From the IMG/VR virus record IMGVR_UViG_3300045927_000049: 64,000 bases of DNA, one strand, 5' to 3'. Positions 43,711 through 53,043 of the stretch are shown here, piece by piece. The stretch is from an uncultured virus (IMG/VR IMGVR_UViG_3300045927_000049) (taxonomy: Duplodnaviria > Heunggongvirae > Uroviricota > Caudoviricetes). Position 1 is the first letter of the stretch. Every line of letters begins with the position of its first letter. The position numbers and the translations under genes are program-made. The notes under the pieces are model-generated. The model worked only from the letters and a program-made list of their open reading frames with translations. It was not told the DNA's origin and did not search any database.

Positions 43711-43952
43711 TGATGAAATTCATGACGAACAGTGAAGCTAGATGCATCGTTGAGGATATGGGCGACCGTATCCTCACCACGGAACAGGTTCTGGAGATAC
43801 TCCCGGTCAGCAAATCAACGCTGTGGAGACTGGAGAAACAGGGCATTTTCCCAAGGCACTTCAAGGTCGGTTCCCGCAAGAACGGTTGGCTGGAAAGCGA
43901 TGTCCAAAGCTGGATCGATAATGTCCAAGAGGGCAACATCACCGTCAAATGA
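43710..43952 (+). CDS. AlpA-family regulator / excisionase-like
   Basis: ILTTEQVLEILPVSKSTLWRLEKQGIFP...GWLESDVQSWI. Confidence 0.85.
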   Translation: MMKFMTNSEARCIVEDMGDRILTTEQVLEILPVSKSTLWRLEKQGIFPRHFKVGSRKNGWLESDVQSWIDNVQEGNITVK

Positions 43953-44314
43953 GGAACCTCAATCTGCTGAACGCCTACCGCTGTATCGGACCAGATATCA
44001 TCAAATATTTCGGCAGCACAGGAGATCACACATGTGGGTTCTTCGTGGTGCCGTCGCCCATCGACAAGGGCGAGATGAAGGTCATGGCATCGTCAGACTA
44101 CGATTGGGACCATGTTTCGGTATCGCGTCCCAATCGATGCCCAAACTGGACAGAAATGGAACATGTCCGACATCTGTTCTTCAAGGATGACGAAACTGTC
44201 ATGCAACTGCATGTGCCAGTGGTTGACCACATTTCGGTACACCCGAACTGTCTCCACATGTGGCGACCGCAAAAGCAGGAAATACCAAGACCACCTTCGA
44301 TCTTGGTGGCTTAG
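43949..44314 (+). CDS. Conserved phage protein
   Basis: WDHVSVSRPNRCPNWTEM...LFF...MQLH...HPNCLHMWRP. Confidence 0.8.
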   Translation: MRNLNLLNAYRCIGPDIIKYFGSTGDHTCGFFVVPSPIDKGEMKVMASSDYDWDHVSVSRPNRCPNWTEMEHVRHLFFKDDETVMQLHVPVVDHISVHPNCLHMWRPQKQEIPRPPSILVA

Positions 44315-44322
44315 GGGTAGAT

Positions 44323-44646
44323 ATGGCAAAGGGTAGGCCGCTCCGCTTCATATCGGGGAACTACATTGATCGCGTCAACGATGCGGTGTTTGTCGAAATA
44401 GGCGAAACCACCGTCTATTTCGCTGACCGCAAGGTGATCGCGATGTACGCCCACGATGCGCTTTATCGCGTCAATGCGCTCGACAGCGGCATCATGTACA
44501 AACGTGTGCGGAGCGCCATGCTGCGACACAAGCCACGCAAGGTGCATGAGATGAAGCGTGAAGACCTGAATGCAATGGTCGAGGCTGCGATCATGACCAT
44601 GGCGTCCAAGCTGGTGGATGAAAAGCTGGGGCTGGAAACCGCATGA
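44323..44646 (+). CDS. Hypothetical protein (similar to 45346-45699)
   Basis: VEIGETTVYF...REDLNAMV. Confidence 0.7.
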   Translation: MAKGRPLRFISGNYIDRVNDAVFVEIGETTVYFADRKVIAMYAHDALYRVNALDSGIMYKRVRSAMLRHKPRKVHEMKREDLNAMVEAAIMTMASKLVDEKLGLETA

Positions 44647-45353
44647 GCGAGATCACTTTTGCCTGTGAGCCGGTGGTGTTTGGGTCCATTGCCGAACCGG
44701 TCCCGGCCAAGAAGATCATCGAAGACTGGTTCCGCAAGCTGCCGATGGACCTTCCGGAATACAACATCCTTGAGAACTTCGGCAGGACGGTCAAAGCCTG
44801 CCCGCCCTTCTTGGATGCCATGACGCTGGGCTACATGTTTCTGGTGCCCGCCGACTTCAAGATAGAGATCACCGGCAACGGCACCCACTTCAACGCCTAT
44901 TGGCGCTATCCGGAACCCTATATCGACGGGCATCCACCGAGTTCCATCACCGGACATCCCAAGCATGGCAAGATCATCGTCAAGGTGTTCACCATGTGGG
45001 GCATCAAGACCAAGCCGGGATGGTCCACGCTGATCTTCCCGCCAATCAATCGTGCCGAACTGCCTCTAGAGGCAATGGCCGGAGTGCTGGACAGCGACCG
45101 GATGCACGATGTCCTGACCATTCCATGCTTCTGTAATCTTCCCGATGGTCTGCATTTCATTCGCAAGGGCACGCCGCTGGCACAGGTGCTGCCTTTCAAG
45201 CGGGAGGAACTGAGTATGGTGGCACGGGGAGAGACACCGGAAGAAAAGCTTCTGCGGGAGAACCACAGGCGTCTGATGATGTCCGAGGTCGGCTCCTACC
45301 AGCGCAAAATCCGGCATAAAGGCTACGACGACAAAGACGTGGGGCATGATTGA
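44643..45353 (+). CDS. DUF6065-like / dUTPase-fold protein
   Basis: KACPPFLDAMTLGY, WGIKTKPGWSTL, GVLDSD, KGTPLAQVLPFKRE. Confidence 0.7.
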   Translation: MSEITFACEPVVFGSIAEPVPAKKIIEDWFRKLPMDLPEYNILENFGRTVKACPPFLDAMTLGYMFLVPADFKIEITGNGTHFNAYWRYPEPYIDGHPPSSITGHPKHGKIIVKVFTMWGIKTKPGWSTLIFPPINRAELPLEAMAGVLDSDRMHDVLTIPCFCNLPDGLHFIRKGTPLAQVLPFKREELSMVARGETPEEKLLRENHRRLMMSEVGSYQRKIRHKGYDDKDVGHD

Positions 45354-45699
45354 GTATTCGAGCACACCGGAATTCTTTTTCCACGACGAGATGGGCAACG
45401 ATATCACCTCCGTCTCAGTCGGAGAGGTGTGGCTGTACTTCTACAAGCAGACACTGATCGGCGTGCGTGACATGCGCAACAACAGGGCTGTGTTCCTGCG
45501 CGTCACGAAAATCCCCAAACCGGATGGCTATTCGCACCGGCACGAAATCACCTACGACATTGTGCTACGGGCGACCAAGGAACCCTACCACAATCAGGAA
45601 ACTCCGAAATATCTGCACGCGGAGGAACTGACTGCCTTGGCTATCGCGTGGGTGGCTGAAGGCTTGACCAAACACGTCGATCTGGCGCTGCACGCTTAA
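45346..45699 (+). CDS. Hypothetical protein (similar to 44323-44646)
   Basis: VSVGEVWLYF...AEELTALA. Confidence 0.7.
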   Translation: MIEYSSTPEFFFHDEMGNDITSVSVGEVWLYFYKQTLIGVRDMRNNRAVFLRVTKIPKPDGYSHRHEITYDIVLRATKEPYHNQETPKYLHAEELTALAIAWVAEGLTKHVDLALHA

Positions 45700-45740
45700 C
45701 CTTCTTCCTTAGATGCTTCCACAAAATCGGTTTGGTGGGA

Positions 45741-45768
45741 TTGACAGCCCAGCCGAACCGGATATGAT
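45741..45768 (+). promoter_or_regulatory. Sigma70-type promoter
   Basis: TTGACA-16 nt-TATGAT. Confidence 0.65.
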
Positions 45769-45825
45769 TTGGGCCGGACGACAAAAAACCGGTCCGACTA
45801 TAAAGAAACGTTTCAGGAGAAACAA

Positions 45826-46917
45826 ATGAAAATTTCCGACGCCAAGACCCTGCTTACCACCATTCTCAAGTACAACATCGACCAACATCTGGCCGGTGTT
45901 TCGCATAAGCACTTCATTATTCCTTGCTTCATCGGTGATCCCGGTGTCGGCAAGACTTCCATTCCCAATCAGGTTGCCGCCGAAGAGGGCGTTCCTCTTC
46001 ACACCACCATCATCGCTCAGTATGACGCTGGCGAAATGGGTGGCTTCGGCATTCCCACAGACGTGGTTTTCGAAGAGGAAGACGACGAGGGAAAAATCCG
46101 CCGCTACACTGAGAAGCGTGTGATCCGGGCACGCCCCGATTATCTGCCTGATCCACGTACTCCGGAAGGCGTTGTCGGTATCTGGAACCTTGACGAACTG
46201 ATGCAGGCGTTTCTGGCCAACCAGAACATTTGCAGCCAGATCGTCAACGAGTACCGGGTTGGCGAACATCCGATTTCTCACGGCATCACCATCTGCTGCA
46301 CCGGCAACAAGCCTGAGAACAAGGCCGGTACGACCACCATGCCGATGCACTTGAGGGACCGTCTGATGTTCATCAACATCGAAGCGGACCACAAGGACTT
46401 CAATGACTACGCCAACCAGCGCGGTCTGCATCGTTGGGTCCGTGCCTTTGTCCAGAAGAACCCGGCGTTCCTTCACAAGTTCGAAGTCGGCGTCAACGCT
46501 TTCCCGTCACCACGTTCTTGGGAGCGGACTTCGGAACTCCTGAAGATGGGCCATGCGCCGCACATCCTGACCGAGTGTCTGTATGGCCAGATTGGTGAGG
46601 GTATGGCTTCGCAGTTCCTTGCATGGGTCAAGGTCGAAGACCGGTTGCCGAGTGCCGAGGATGTTGTGAAAGACCCTGAAGGTGTGCCGGTCTTCGGGGA
46701 TCGCGATGCCGACGTGAACTACATGCTGATGGCGAACCTTGTTGAGGTGGCGGACAAGAAGAACCTTGGGCAGATCATCAAGTACCTGAAGCGCATGCCC
46801 AACAAGGAATTCGTCGCCATGTGGGCCAAGGATGTCCAGCAGCGGCATCCGGAAGTCAACGACCTGAAGGAGATGACAGAGTTTAAGCTGTCCACGTTGA
46901 CAAAAATCCTCATCTGA
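45826..46917 (+). CDS. MoxR/dynein-related AAA+ ATPase
   Basis: GDPGVGKT Walker A, WNLDE Walker B, TGN, LRDR, PSPRSW. Confidence 0.9.
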   Translation: MKISDAKTLLTTILKYNIDQHLAGVSHKHFIIPCFIGDPGVGKTSIPNQVAAEEGVPLHTTIIAQYDAGEMGGFGIPTDVVFEEEDDEGKIRRYTEKRVIRARPDYLPDPRTPEGVVGIWNLDELMQAFLANQNICSQIVNEYRVGEHPISHGITICCTGNKPENKAGTTTMPMHLRDRLMFINIEADHKDFNDYANQRGLHRWVRAFVQKNPAFLHKFEVGVNAFPSPRSWERTSELLKMGHAPHILTECLYGQIGEGMASQFLAWVKVEDRLPSAEDVVKDPEGVPVFGDRDADVNYMLMANLVEVADKKNLGQIIKYLKRMPNKEFVAMWAKDVQQRHPEVNDLKEMTEFKLSTLTKILI

Positions 46918-46997
46918 TACTGCGGTTTCCGGTCCTGTTTCGGCGGGACCGGTTTCCGGAATATCAACGAAGGGTAGCAAGAAGTTAGGAGAAACAA

Positions 46998-47873
46998 ATG
47001 GCTAATCTTTCACATCGGGCCGTCATGGTGGTCCTCAATCAACGTGCATGGAAGGGCAAGGCGGTGGACCGTGAGGTTGCTGCACAAGCCGAAATAAACG
47101 CCAACGCAGAACAGGGCACGATGACTGTCATCAAACAGTTGACGCCGAAGTACCTGATCCAGCCGATTACCAACATCATGCAGGAAGGGCGGGCGGCGCA
47201 TTACAAGAAGACCCTTCCCGGTCTGTTCCGTGGTCAAGCTATCCTGCCGACGAAGATGTTCGAGGATTACATGGTCGAGCAGCAGGAGTACGGCGACCAG
47301 TTCTTCAGTGCCGTCGATAAGTTCATCGGCATCTATCCGGATATCCGCGAAGCAGCGAAAGGCAAGCTGGGCACGTCCTATAAGGAAAGCGATTTCCCGA
47401 CAGCCGATGCCATCCGCTCGTACTTCGACTACAAAGTGACGCCGGGACCGATCCCTGAAGCGACTGACTTCCGCCTTGAGGGGGTCAGTGCCGAGAACAC
47501 CGCTGTCTTCAGCAGCGAGGTTCAGGATAGCGTCAAGCAACTCTATGCCGACGCCACCAAGACCATGTTCGACAGGGCGCGAGCCTATCTGGAGAACTTC
47601 TACCGGCAGGCTAAGAACTACAACGTCAAGGCACCGGGGGCCATGCTGCGGGACGCCACCATCGATCAGATGAATGCGTTTGCCGAGATGGTCTGCGACA
47701 TGAATATCACTGGTGATCCTCTGCTGGAACAGGTTGGCAAGGAACTCCTCAAGGACTTCGTTGACCTGTCGGGCAAGGAACTCCGCAAGTCCGCCGAGAT
47801 GCGCACCGAGATTGCCGACAAGGCCAAGCGCATTCTCGACAAAATGACCCCGGTCAAGCGTATCGCTGCCTAA
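46998..47873 (+). CDS. DUF3150-like helical protein
   Basis: Lies between AAA and VWA genes; LGTSYKESDFPTADAI, MNITGDP. Confidence 0.7.
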   Translation: MANLSHRAVMVVLNQRAWKGKAVDREVAAQAEINANAEQGTMTVIKQLTPKYLIQPITNIMQEGRAAHYKKTLPGLFRGQAILPTKMFEDYMVEQQEYGDQFFSAVDKFIGIYPDIREAAKGKLGTSYKESDFPTADAIRSYFDYKVTPGPIPEATDFRLEGVSAENTAVFSSEVQDSVKQLYADATKTMFDRARAYLENFYRQAKNYNVKAPGAMLRDATIDQMNAFAEMVCDMNITGDPLLEQVGKELLKDFVDLSGKELRKSAEMRTEIADKAKRILDKMTPVKRIAA

Positions 47874-47880
47874 ACTCTGT

Positions 47881-47903
47881 GAGGGGGAGCGATCCTCCCC
47901 CTT
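47881..47903 (+). terminator. GC hairpin (possible terminator)
   Basis: AGGGGGAG/CTCCCCCT stem right after stop; weak U tract. Confidence 0.4.
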
Positions 47904-47938
47904 ACACCTTCACTCTGAGCCGGACGATTTCCGGCATA

Positions 47939-47967
47939 TTGACCGGAGCCGCTGGCGGCGGTATGGT
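47939..47967 (+). promoter_or_regulatory. Sigma70-type promoter
   Basis: TTGACC-17 nt-TATGGT flanked by CGGACGAT motifs. Confidence 0.6.
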
Positions 47968-48005
47968 CGGACGATAAAAATCAAGCCCTACAGGAGAAAC
48001 TCAGC

Positions 48006-49277
48006 ATGTCATTGATCACAGATGGTGAAGAGAAAATCACCAAGGCAAAGACCAAGCTGGTGCTCAAGCACCCGTTCTTCTCAATCGTCGCGCTTGGCCT
48101 TCTCTACAGGAACGCGACCGAAGACCACATGCCAGAGATCAATACGATGGCCACGGATGGCCGTCATATCTGGTGGGACGAAGAGTTCACGGACAAGCTG
48201 ACTGTCGCTGAGACGGTCGGCGTGATTTGTCACGAGGTTCTGCACGTTGTCTTCATGCACTGCCTTCGGCGCGGTGCCCGTGACCCATTGATCTGGAACA
48301 TCGCTTGTGATTACGCGATCAATCACATCGTTCTGGATGCCGGTCTGACCTTGCCATCCGACGCATTGTTTGAGCCGAAGTACAAGGATTGGTTGGTCGA
48401 TGCGATCTATGATGACCTGATCAAAAACCGTCCGGATTTGCCGAAGCGTATCACTCTGGGACGCCCATGCCCCGATGGCGATGATGGCGAAGGCAACGGC
48501 AAGCTTCCCCCGCAACCGGGTAAGGGAGACAAGGGCAAGGATGGCAAGACGCCTCTGTGGGGCACCGTCATGGAGCCGCGCAACGATGACGGCACGCCGA
48601 TGAGCGATGCCGAGAAGCGCGAACTGGAAGAGGAGATCAAGATCAAGGTGGTGCAGGCCGCTGAAGCAGCCAAGTCAATCGGCAAGCTGCCGGTCGCTCT
48701 TGAAGGTCTGGTCAAGGCTGTCGGCAAGCCGACTGTCGATTGGAAGGCGTACATCCAGCAATGGGTGAGCGGCAAGGTGCCGGACGATTACACTTGGAAG
48801 CGCCCGAACAAGAAGATGCTGGGCCTCTACGGTCTGGTCACTCCGTCCATGCAGTTGAACGGCTGCGGCACTGGCGTCATCTCCATCGACACATCCGGTT
48901 CCGTGAGCAACGAGGAACTGGTGAAGTACATCACCGAGATCGCTGGCGTCGTGGAAATCTGCAACCCGGACAAGCTGTACATCATGCAGCATGACACTCA
49001 CGTCCACCGTGTCGATGAGTGGGAACAGGGCGATACCTTCGACCACCTGAAGATCACTCACCGTGGCGGCACATGCATCCGTCCGTCATTCGAGAAGGTC
49101 AATACCTTCGATGAACAGATCGACTGGATGATCTGCTTCACTGACATGGGGATCAATGACTTCCCGTCCGTGAAAGAGGCACCGGATTTCCCGGTTCTGT
49201 GGGCGGCGACGGGTCCGGACATTGCTCCCTTCGGTACCTATCTCTCGCTTCGTGATCCGATCAGCGCGGTGTCGTGA
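48006..49277 (+). CDS. Metallopeptidase + VWA domain protein (DUF2201-like)
   Basis: TMATDG, HEVLH, WNIACDYAIN; IDTSGS MIDAS, GGT, FTD. Confidence 0.9.
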   Translation: MSLITDGEEKITKAKTKLVLKHPFFSIVALGLLYRNATEDHMPEINTMATDGRHIWWDEEFTDKLTVAETVGVICHEVLHVVFMHCLRRGARDPLIWNIACDYAINHIVLDAGLTLPSDALFEPKYKDWLVDAIYDDLIKNRPDLPKRITLGRPCPDGDDGEGNGKLPPQPGKGDKGKDGKTPLWGTVMEPRNDDGTPMSDAEKRELEEEIKIKVVQAAEAAKSIGKLPVALEGLVKAVGKPTVDWKAYIQQWVSGKVPDDYTWKRPNKKMLGLYGLVTPSMQLNGCGTGVISIDTSGSVSNEELVKYITEIAGVVEICNPDKLYIMQHDTHVHRVDEWEQGDTFDHLKITHRGGTCIRPSFEKVNTFDEQIDWMICFTDMGINDFPSVKEAPDFPVLWAATGPDIAPFGTYLSLRDPISAVS

Positions 49278-49948
49278 TGATGGATCGTGAGAGGGCAGTC
49301 CTGACCTTCAAGGATATCAGGACACTCAAGCGGATGATGTCGGCGTATAGCGCCGACATCAAAGACGTAAGGCGCGGCAAATCGTGGAACGTCGAGCACG
49401 AGATCAGGGGGCTCTGTGAGCGCATGAAGCTGATGCGCAAGGGACAGCGGGACCGCTCCGCTGATCCTTTGCAAGTCAAGAAAAGCTTCGCTCTCAATGC
49501 CGAGAAGGATATCAAGAGATGCCTGACGGACATATGTAGCAAGCGCAAGTTCAACGAAACAATTATCGTAGGAGGAAAAGACACAGGAACATGTGAATAC
49601 AAGGAGGGGATTAACCGATACTCCAAGCCTACAGTAACGCTGTGCGTAGGGCATATGTGGTATCGCAATGTCTTCAAGAACATCTACGACCACAATCGGC
49701 TGGTCCAGAATGATTACATCATCCTGTCAGCCGTCGAGTACCGGACCAATGTGCCGCATGTCAGGCTCTACGAGGCTGTCGCTTACGGCATCAGCGAGAA
49801 GGGACAAGTGAACGGCTGGATCGGCCAGTCGAAACTGGGTGAGCAACTCTGTTCCTTCAGGACAGACAAGCAAGCCGCAATCCAAGCAGCGCAAAGGCTG
49901 ACAGTCAGGTCAGTCAATGAACAAATATCAGGAGAAACAAATGGCTAG
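49274..49948 (+). CDS. Hypothetical protein
   Basis: 224-aa coupled ORF. Confidence 0.7.
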   Translation: MMMDRERAVLTFKDIRTLKRMMSAYSADIKDVRRGKSWNVEHEIRGLCERMKLMRKGQRDRSADPLQVKKSFALNAEKDIKRCLTDICSKRKFNETIIVGGKDTGTCEYKEGINRYSKPTVTLCVGHMWYRNVFKNIYDHNRLVQNDYIILSAVEYRTNVPHVRLYEAVAYGISEKGQVNGWIGQSKLGEQLCSFRTDKQAAIQAAQRLTVRSVNEQISGETNG

Positions 49949-51074
49949 CATCATCGAAAGCATCAAGGCAGCGGAAGCAGAGGCTATGGAACCCAAGATC
50001 AATCCCGAATTCAGAGACTTGCTCGACATCCAGTCGGAGGTTTCCTACGAGGAACTGAAGAAGATGATCGAAGCGGAGGGTATTCGCGATCCCATCGTCG
50101 TATGGGCAGAGCAGAACGTGATTGCGGACGGTCATAACCGTTTCAAGATCGCCAAGGAACTGGGCATCGAATGCCCACGAGTGGACAAGTCCTTTGCCGA
50201 CGAGGCCGAGGTCAAGACGTGGATCATTCGCAACCAGTTGGGGCGGCGCAACCTCACTCCGGCACGCTTCGAATACTACATCGGCAAACTCTACAACGAG
50301 CAGAAGGCTGAGACTGCACAGGAAAAGCAGGAAGGCGGCGGCAACGTTGCCGAGAAGCTGGCGGCTGAATTCGAAGTGTCGGAGAAGACCGTTCGTCGCT
50401 ACGGCACCAATGCCAAGGGCATCGACGCCATCGAACGCATCCGTGGCAAGCTTGAGAAGAACAAGCAGTTGTCGAACAAGCCGACCTACACCAGTGAGGA
50501 AGTCGCCGTCATCGGACAGGCTCCCAACACCACGGTTGCGGCGAAGACCCTGAAGAACATCGATGACTATAAGAAGCAGAAGGCAGAGAAGAAGCAGGAA
50601 GACAAGGCTATCAAGGCTGCTGTGGTGGACAAGCAGACCTACTACGGTGTCGCCCTGTGTGAGCCAGACTTCTCCGCTTCCGGTTTCTCCATCTCGACAG
50701 AGCCGAAGCCGACGCTCGACAAGAACGCCGCCTGCTATGTGATCGTGCCGGATGAGTGGCTGGCCGAGGGCATCAAGCTTCTCGACAAGTGGGGTCTGCG
50801 CTACGAGGCCAGCTTCATCTACTGGTCATCGGCCAAGATCGATGACGGTCAGTTCTCCAAGATCGTCCATCGCAACGTGTTGCTGGCGACCAAGGGCCAG
50901 ATCACCGGACCCAAGGCAGGGCAGGAAGCATCCTCCTGTGTCCTGCTCAACGGTGATATCGGTCCTGCCGTGGTCAAGCTGATCGACAGCTACCACAACG
51001 GCAACACCAAGAAGCTGGACATGCGCCGTGGTGCCAAGGCCAACGGCAATTGGGAGATCGTCTCCGTCAAGTGA
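49941..51074 (+). CDS. ParB-like N-domain fused to degenerate MT-A70-like domain
   Basis: EGIRDPIVVW...IADGHNR...NQLGRRNL; C-terminal YGVALCEPDF...WGLRYEASFIYW...LLATKG. Confidence 0.8.
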   Translation: MASIIESIKAAEAEAMEPKINPEFRDLLDIQSEVSYEELKKMIEAEGIRDPIVVWAEQNVIADGHNRFKIAKELGIECPRVDKSFADEAEVKTWIIRNQLGRRNLTPARFEYYIGKLYNEQKAETAQEKQEGGGNVAEKLAAEFEVSEKTVRRYGTNAKGIDAIERIRGKLEKNKQLSNKPTYTSEEVAVIGQAPNTTVAAKTLKNIDDYKKQKAEKKQEDKAIKAAVVDKQTYYGVALCEPDFSASGFSISTEPKPTLDKNAACYVIVPDEWLAEGIKLLDKWGLRYEASFIYWSSAKIDDGQFSKIVHRNVLLATKGQITGPKAGQEASSCVLLNGDIGPAVVKLIDSYHNGNTKKLDMRRGAKANGNWEIVSVK

Positions 51075-51137
51075 TTGGGTAGCGAGGGGCCGGTTCGTCC
51101 GGCCCCTGTCTGAGCAATCACGCTCAAGGGGTAGACC

Positions 51138-51320
51138 ATGACCAAGAAAGAACAAGCCGCCGCTCTGCGCAAGCAGATCGAATACCTCAAGCTGACCGAG
51201 GGCGCGAAGCTGTTCAATCTCACCGAACGCTATCGCGAGAACTCCAAGCGGGCCATCGCCTTCAGGAAGAAGATCGACCGACTGGAGACTGAAATCGAGA
51301 AACTAGAGGGGGGCAAATGA
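51138..51320 (+). CDS. Small coiled-coil protein
   Basis: 60 aa, AAGGGG RBS. Confidence 0.6.
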   Translation: MTKKEQAAALRKQIEYLKLTEGAKLFNLTERYRENSKRAIAFRKKIDRLETEIEKLEGGK

Positions 51321-51493
51321 AGAAGTTCAAGTGGACCGAGGAGGAAGACCAACTGCTGCGGCAGTTGGCGCAGCAGAAGGTGGCGCTTGGCTTGATCGCA
51401 CACAAGCTGCGGCGCTCACGACCAGCCGTCATAGCACGGGCAACCAAACTGAAGGTGCCACTCATCCACACTGGGAATGGCTCTCTGCCGTAA
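51317..51493 (+). CDS. GcrA/Myb-like HTH protein
   Basis: Hand-translated MKKFKWTEEEDQLLRQLAQQKVALGLIAHKLRRSRPAVIARATKLKV. Confidence 0.7.
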   Translation: MKKFKWTEEEDQLLRQLAQQKVALGLIAHKLRRSRPAVIARATKLKVPLIHTGNGSLP

Positions 51494-51550
51494 CCGATTT
51501 GTAGGGAGAATTTGAAAATTTTGCGCAAAATTTAGAGCAGGGGTAGCAAC

Positions 51551-52663
51551 ATGATGGTTCTCGACACAGCTTTGGCGCATGGCGTGATGCTGACCAACGG
51601 CATCAAGCAAAAGCTTAAGTATCTCAAACCGTTCACGAGGCGTTTCGTTTTCAACGCCGACGCATCACACAAGCAGGGACGCTTCGCGATGGAAGCGGCA
51701 GACACCATCTGCCGCAACGCCAACTACATCGTGAAGCCGTATCCCAACACGTACATTGAGATCGACAATCACGCCTGTATCAGGGGCGCGAAGAACGATG
51801 TGATGTTCGGTGCCGATGAGAGGATCGGCTACCTGTGGACGGAGTACGGGCAGTGCTTCGTCTGCTACGGCAGCGGACACAAGGCAGAGTGGTCGCCCTT
51901 CGTCTATGCACAGCACGGCACGGGCGGTGATGGCGACCGGCTGTGGGAAATCTACGACAAGCAGATCGTCCAGCTTGATGACAGCATGGACGATGAACGG
52001 ATGACCTACGCCCGGTTCAAGCAGTACCTCATGATCGGACAGGTCGCTCCTGATCTGAGGCCGGACGTAAACAAGTTCTCCCACAATCTCACCGATCTCT
52101 ATGAGATTGGTCTGGCCAGATCAGATATCCCAATGGAGGTTCTTGAGGCGGCATTCAACGAGAACATCGGCACCTACAAATATGCACTGGCATGCCTGAT
52201 GCTGCTGGATGAGAGGATCAAGCGGCAGCTTGTCCACGTCCCGGCCACACGCAAAGTGATACAGGGCAAGCTGACTGCCGTCGCCAAGCATGACGTGGTG
52301 ACCATCGATCTTGATGTGCCGACGATCCGCAAGGTCTATGCCAAAACCGCTCATCAGGGAGGGCACCAAATCGAACATGATGTGTCCGAACACTGGGTCT
52401 ATTACGACTGCTCGACGCAGTGCCAGCATGACTGGCAACCCTTCACCTCAGAGGAAGCGACCGAACGTGACCTGAAGTACGGGCACAAGGAACCACTGCG
52501 CCGTGAAGTCTGCTCCGACTGCGGCGGACGGCGCACCCGCAAGCCATCCTATGTGGCGGGCGATCCCAAGAAGGGATCGACGGTCGGCAAGAAGCGATAC
52601 CGGGTGATCGCAAGCCAAGAGAAGAACGTTATCAACGTGGACTTCAAGAAGAGGAAGGGATGA
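51551..52663 (+). CDS. Hypothetical protein with His/Cys-rich C-terminus
   Basis: HQIEHDVSEHW...CQHDW...CSDCG...GDPKKG. Confidence 0.8.
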   Translation: MMVLDTALAHGVMLTNGIKQKLKYLKPFTRRFVFNADASHKQGRFAMEAADTICRNANYIVKPYPNTYIEIDNHACIRGAKNDVMFGADERIGYLWTEYGQCFVCYGSGHKAEWSPFVYAQHGTGGDGDRLWEIYDKQIVQLDDSMDDERMTYARFKQYLMIGQVAPDLRPDVNKFSHNLTDLYEIGLARSDIPMEVLEAAFNENIGTYKYALACLMLLDERIKRQLVHVPATRKVIQGKLTAVAKHDVVTIDLDVPTIRKVYAKTAHQGGHQIEHDVSEHWVYYDCSTQCQHDWQPFTSEEATERDLKYGHKEPLRREVCSDCGGRRTRKPSYVAGDPKKGSTVGKKRYRVIASQEKNVINVDFKKRKG

Positions 52664-53043
52664 TGTTGCGGATCGCACTCGCTCTCCTCTATATGTCTAC
52701 TCCCGCATGGGGGCAGACATGTACCATCGTCACCGATGGCACCATCGCAATCTACGAACACGAGATCGCACACTGCAATGGCTGGTGGCACGAACCCTTC
52801 GCGCCCAATCTCGTGCCGCCACGAGAGTACGTGCATCCCTACGATGGGTTGCTCACCGTCTATCTCACCGGACATAATTACGGGGAGCACATGGCAATCA
52901 TGTCGCTGGCCCCGATGGACACCAAGTACATCTTCAGGTGGGACGAGACGGTCGAGACTATCTGCCGACAGCTTTGGCAGGAGCGGGGGATTGCGGCGTC
53001 AAAGAAATTTGAGGGACGCTTGTCTGGCTGCGCGGTTCCGTGA
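52660..53043 (+). CDS. Small secreted HExxH protein
   Basis: Signal peptide ending PAWG; HEIAHCNGWWH. Confidence 0.65.
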   Translation: MMLRIALALLYMSTPAWGQTCTIVTDGTIAIYEHEIAHCNGWWHEPFAPNLVPPREYVHPYDGLLTVYLTGHNYGEHMAIMSLAPMDTKYIFRWDETVETICRQLWQERGIAASKKFEGRLSGCAVP

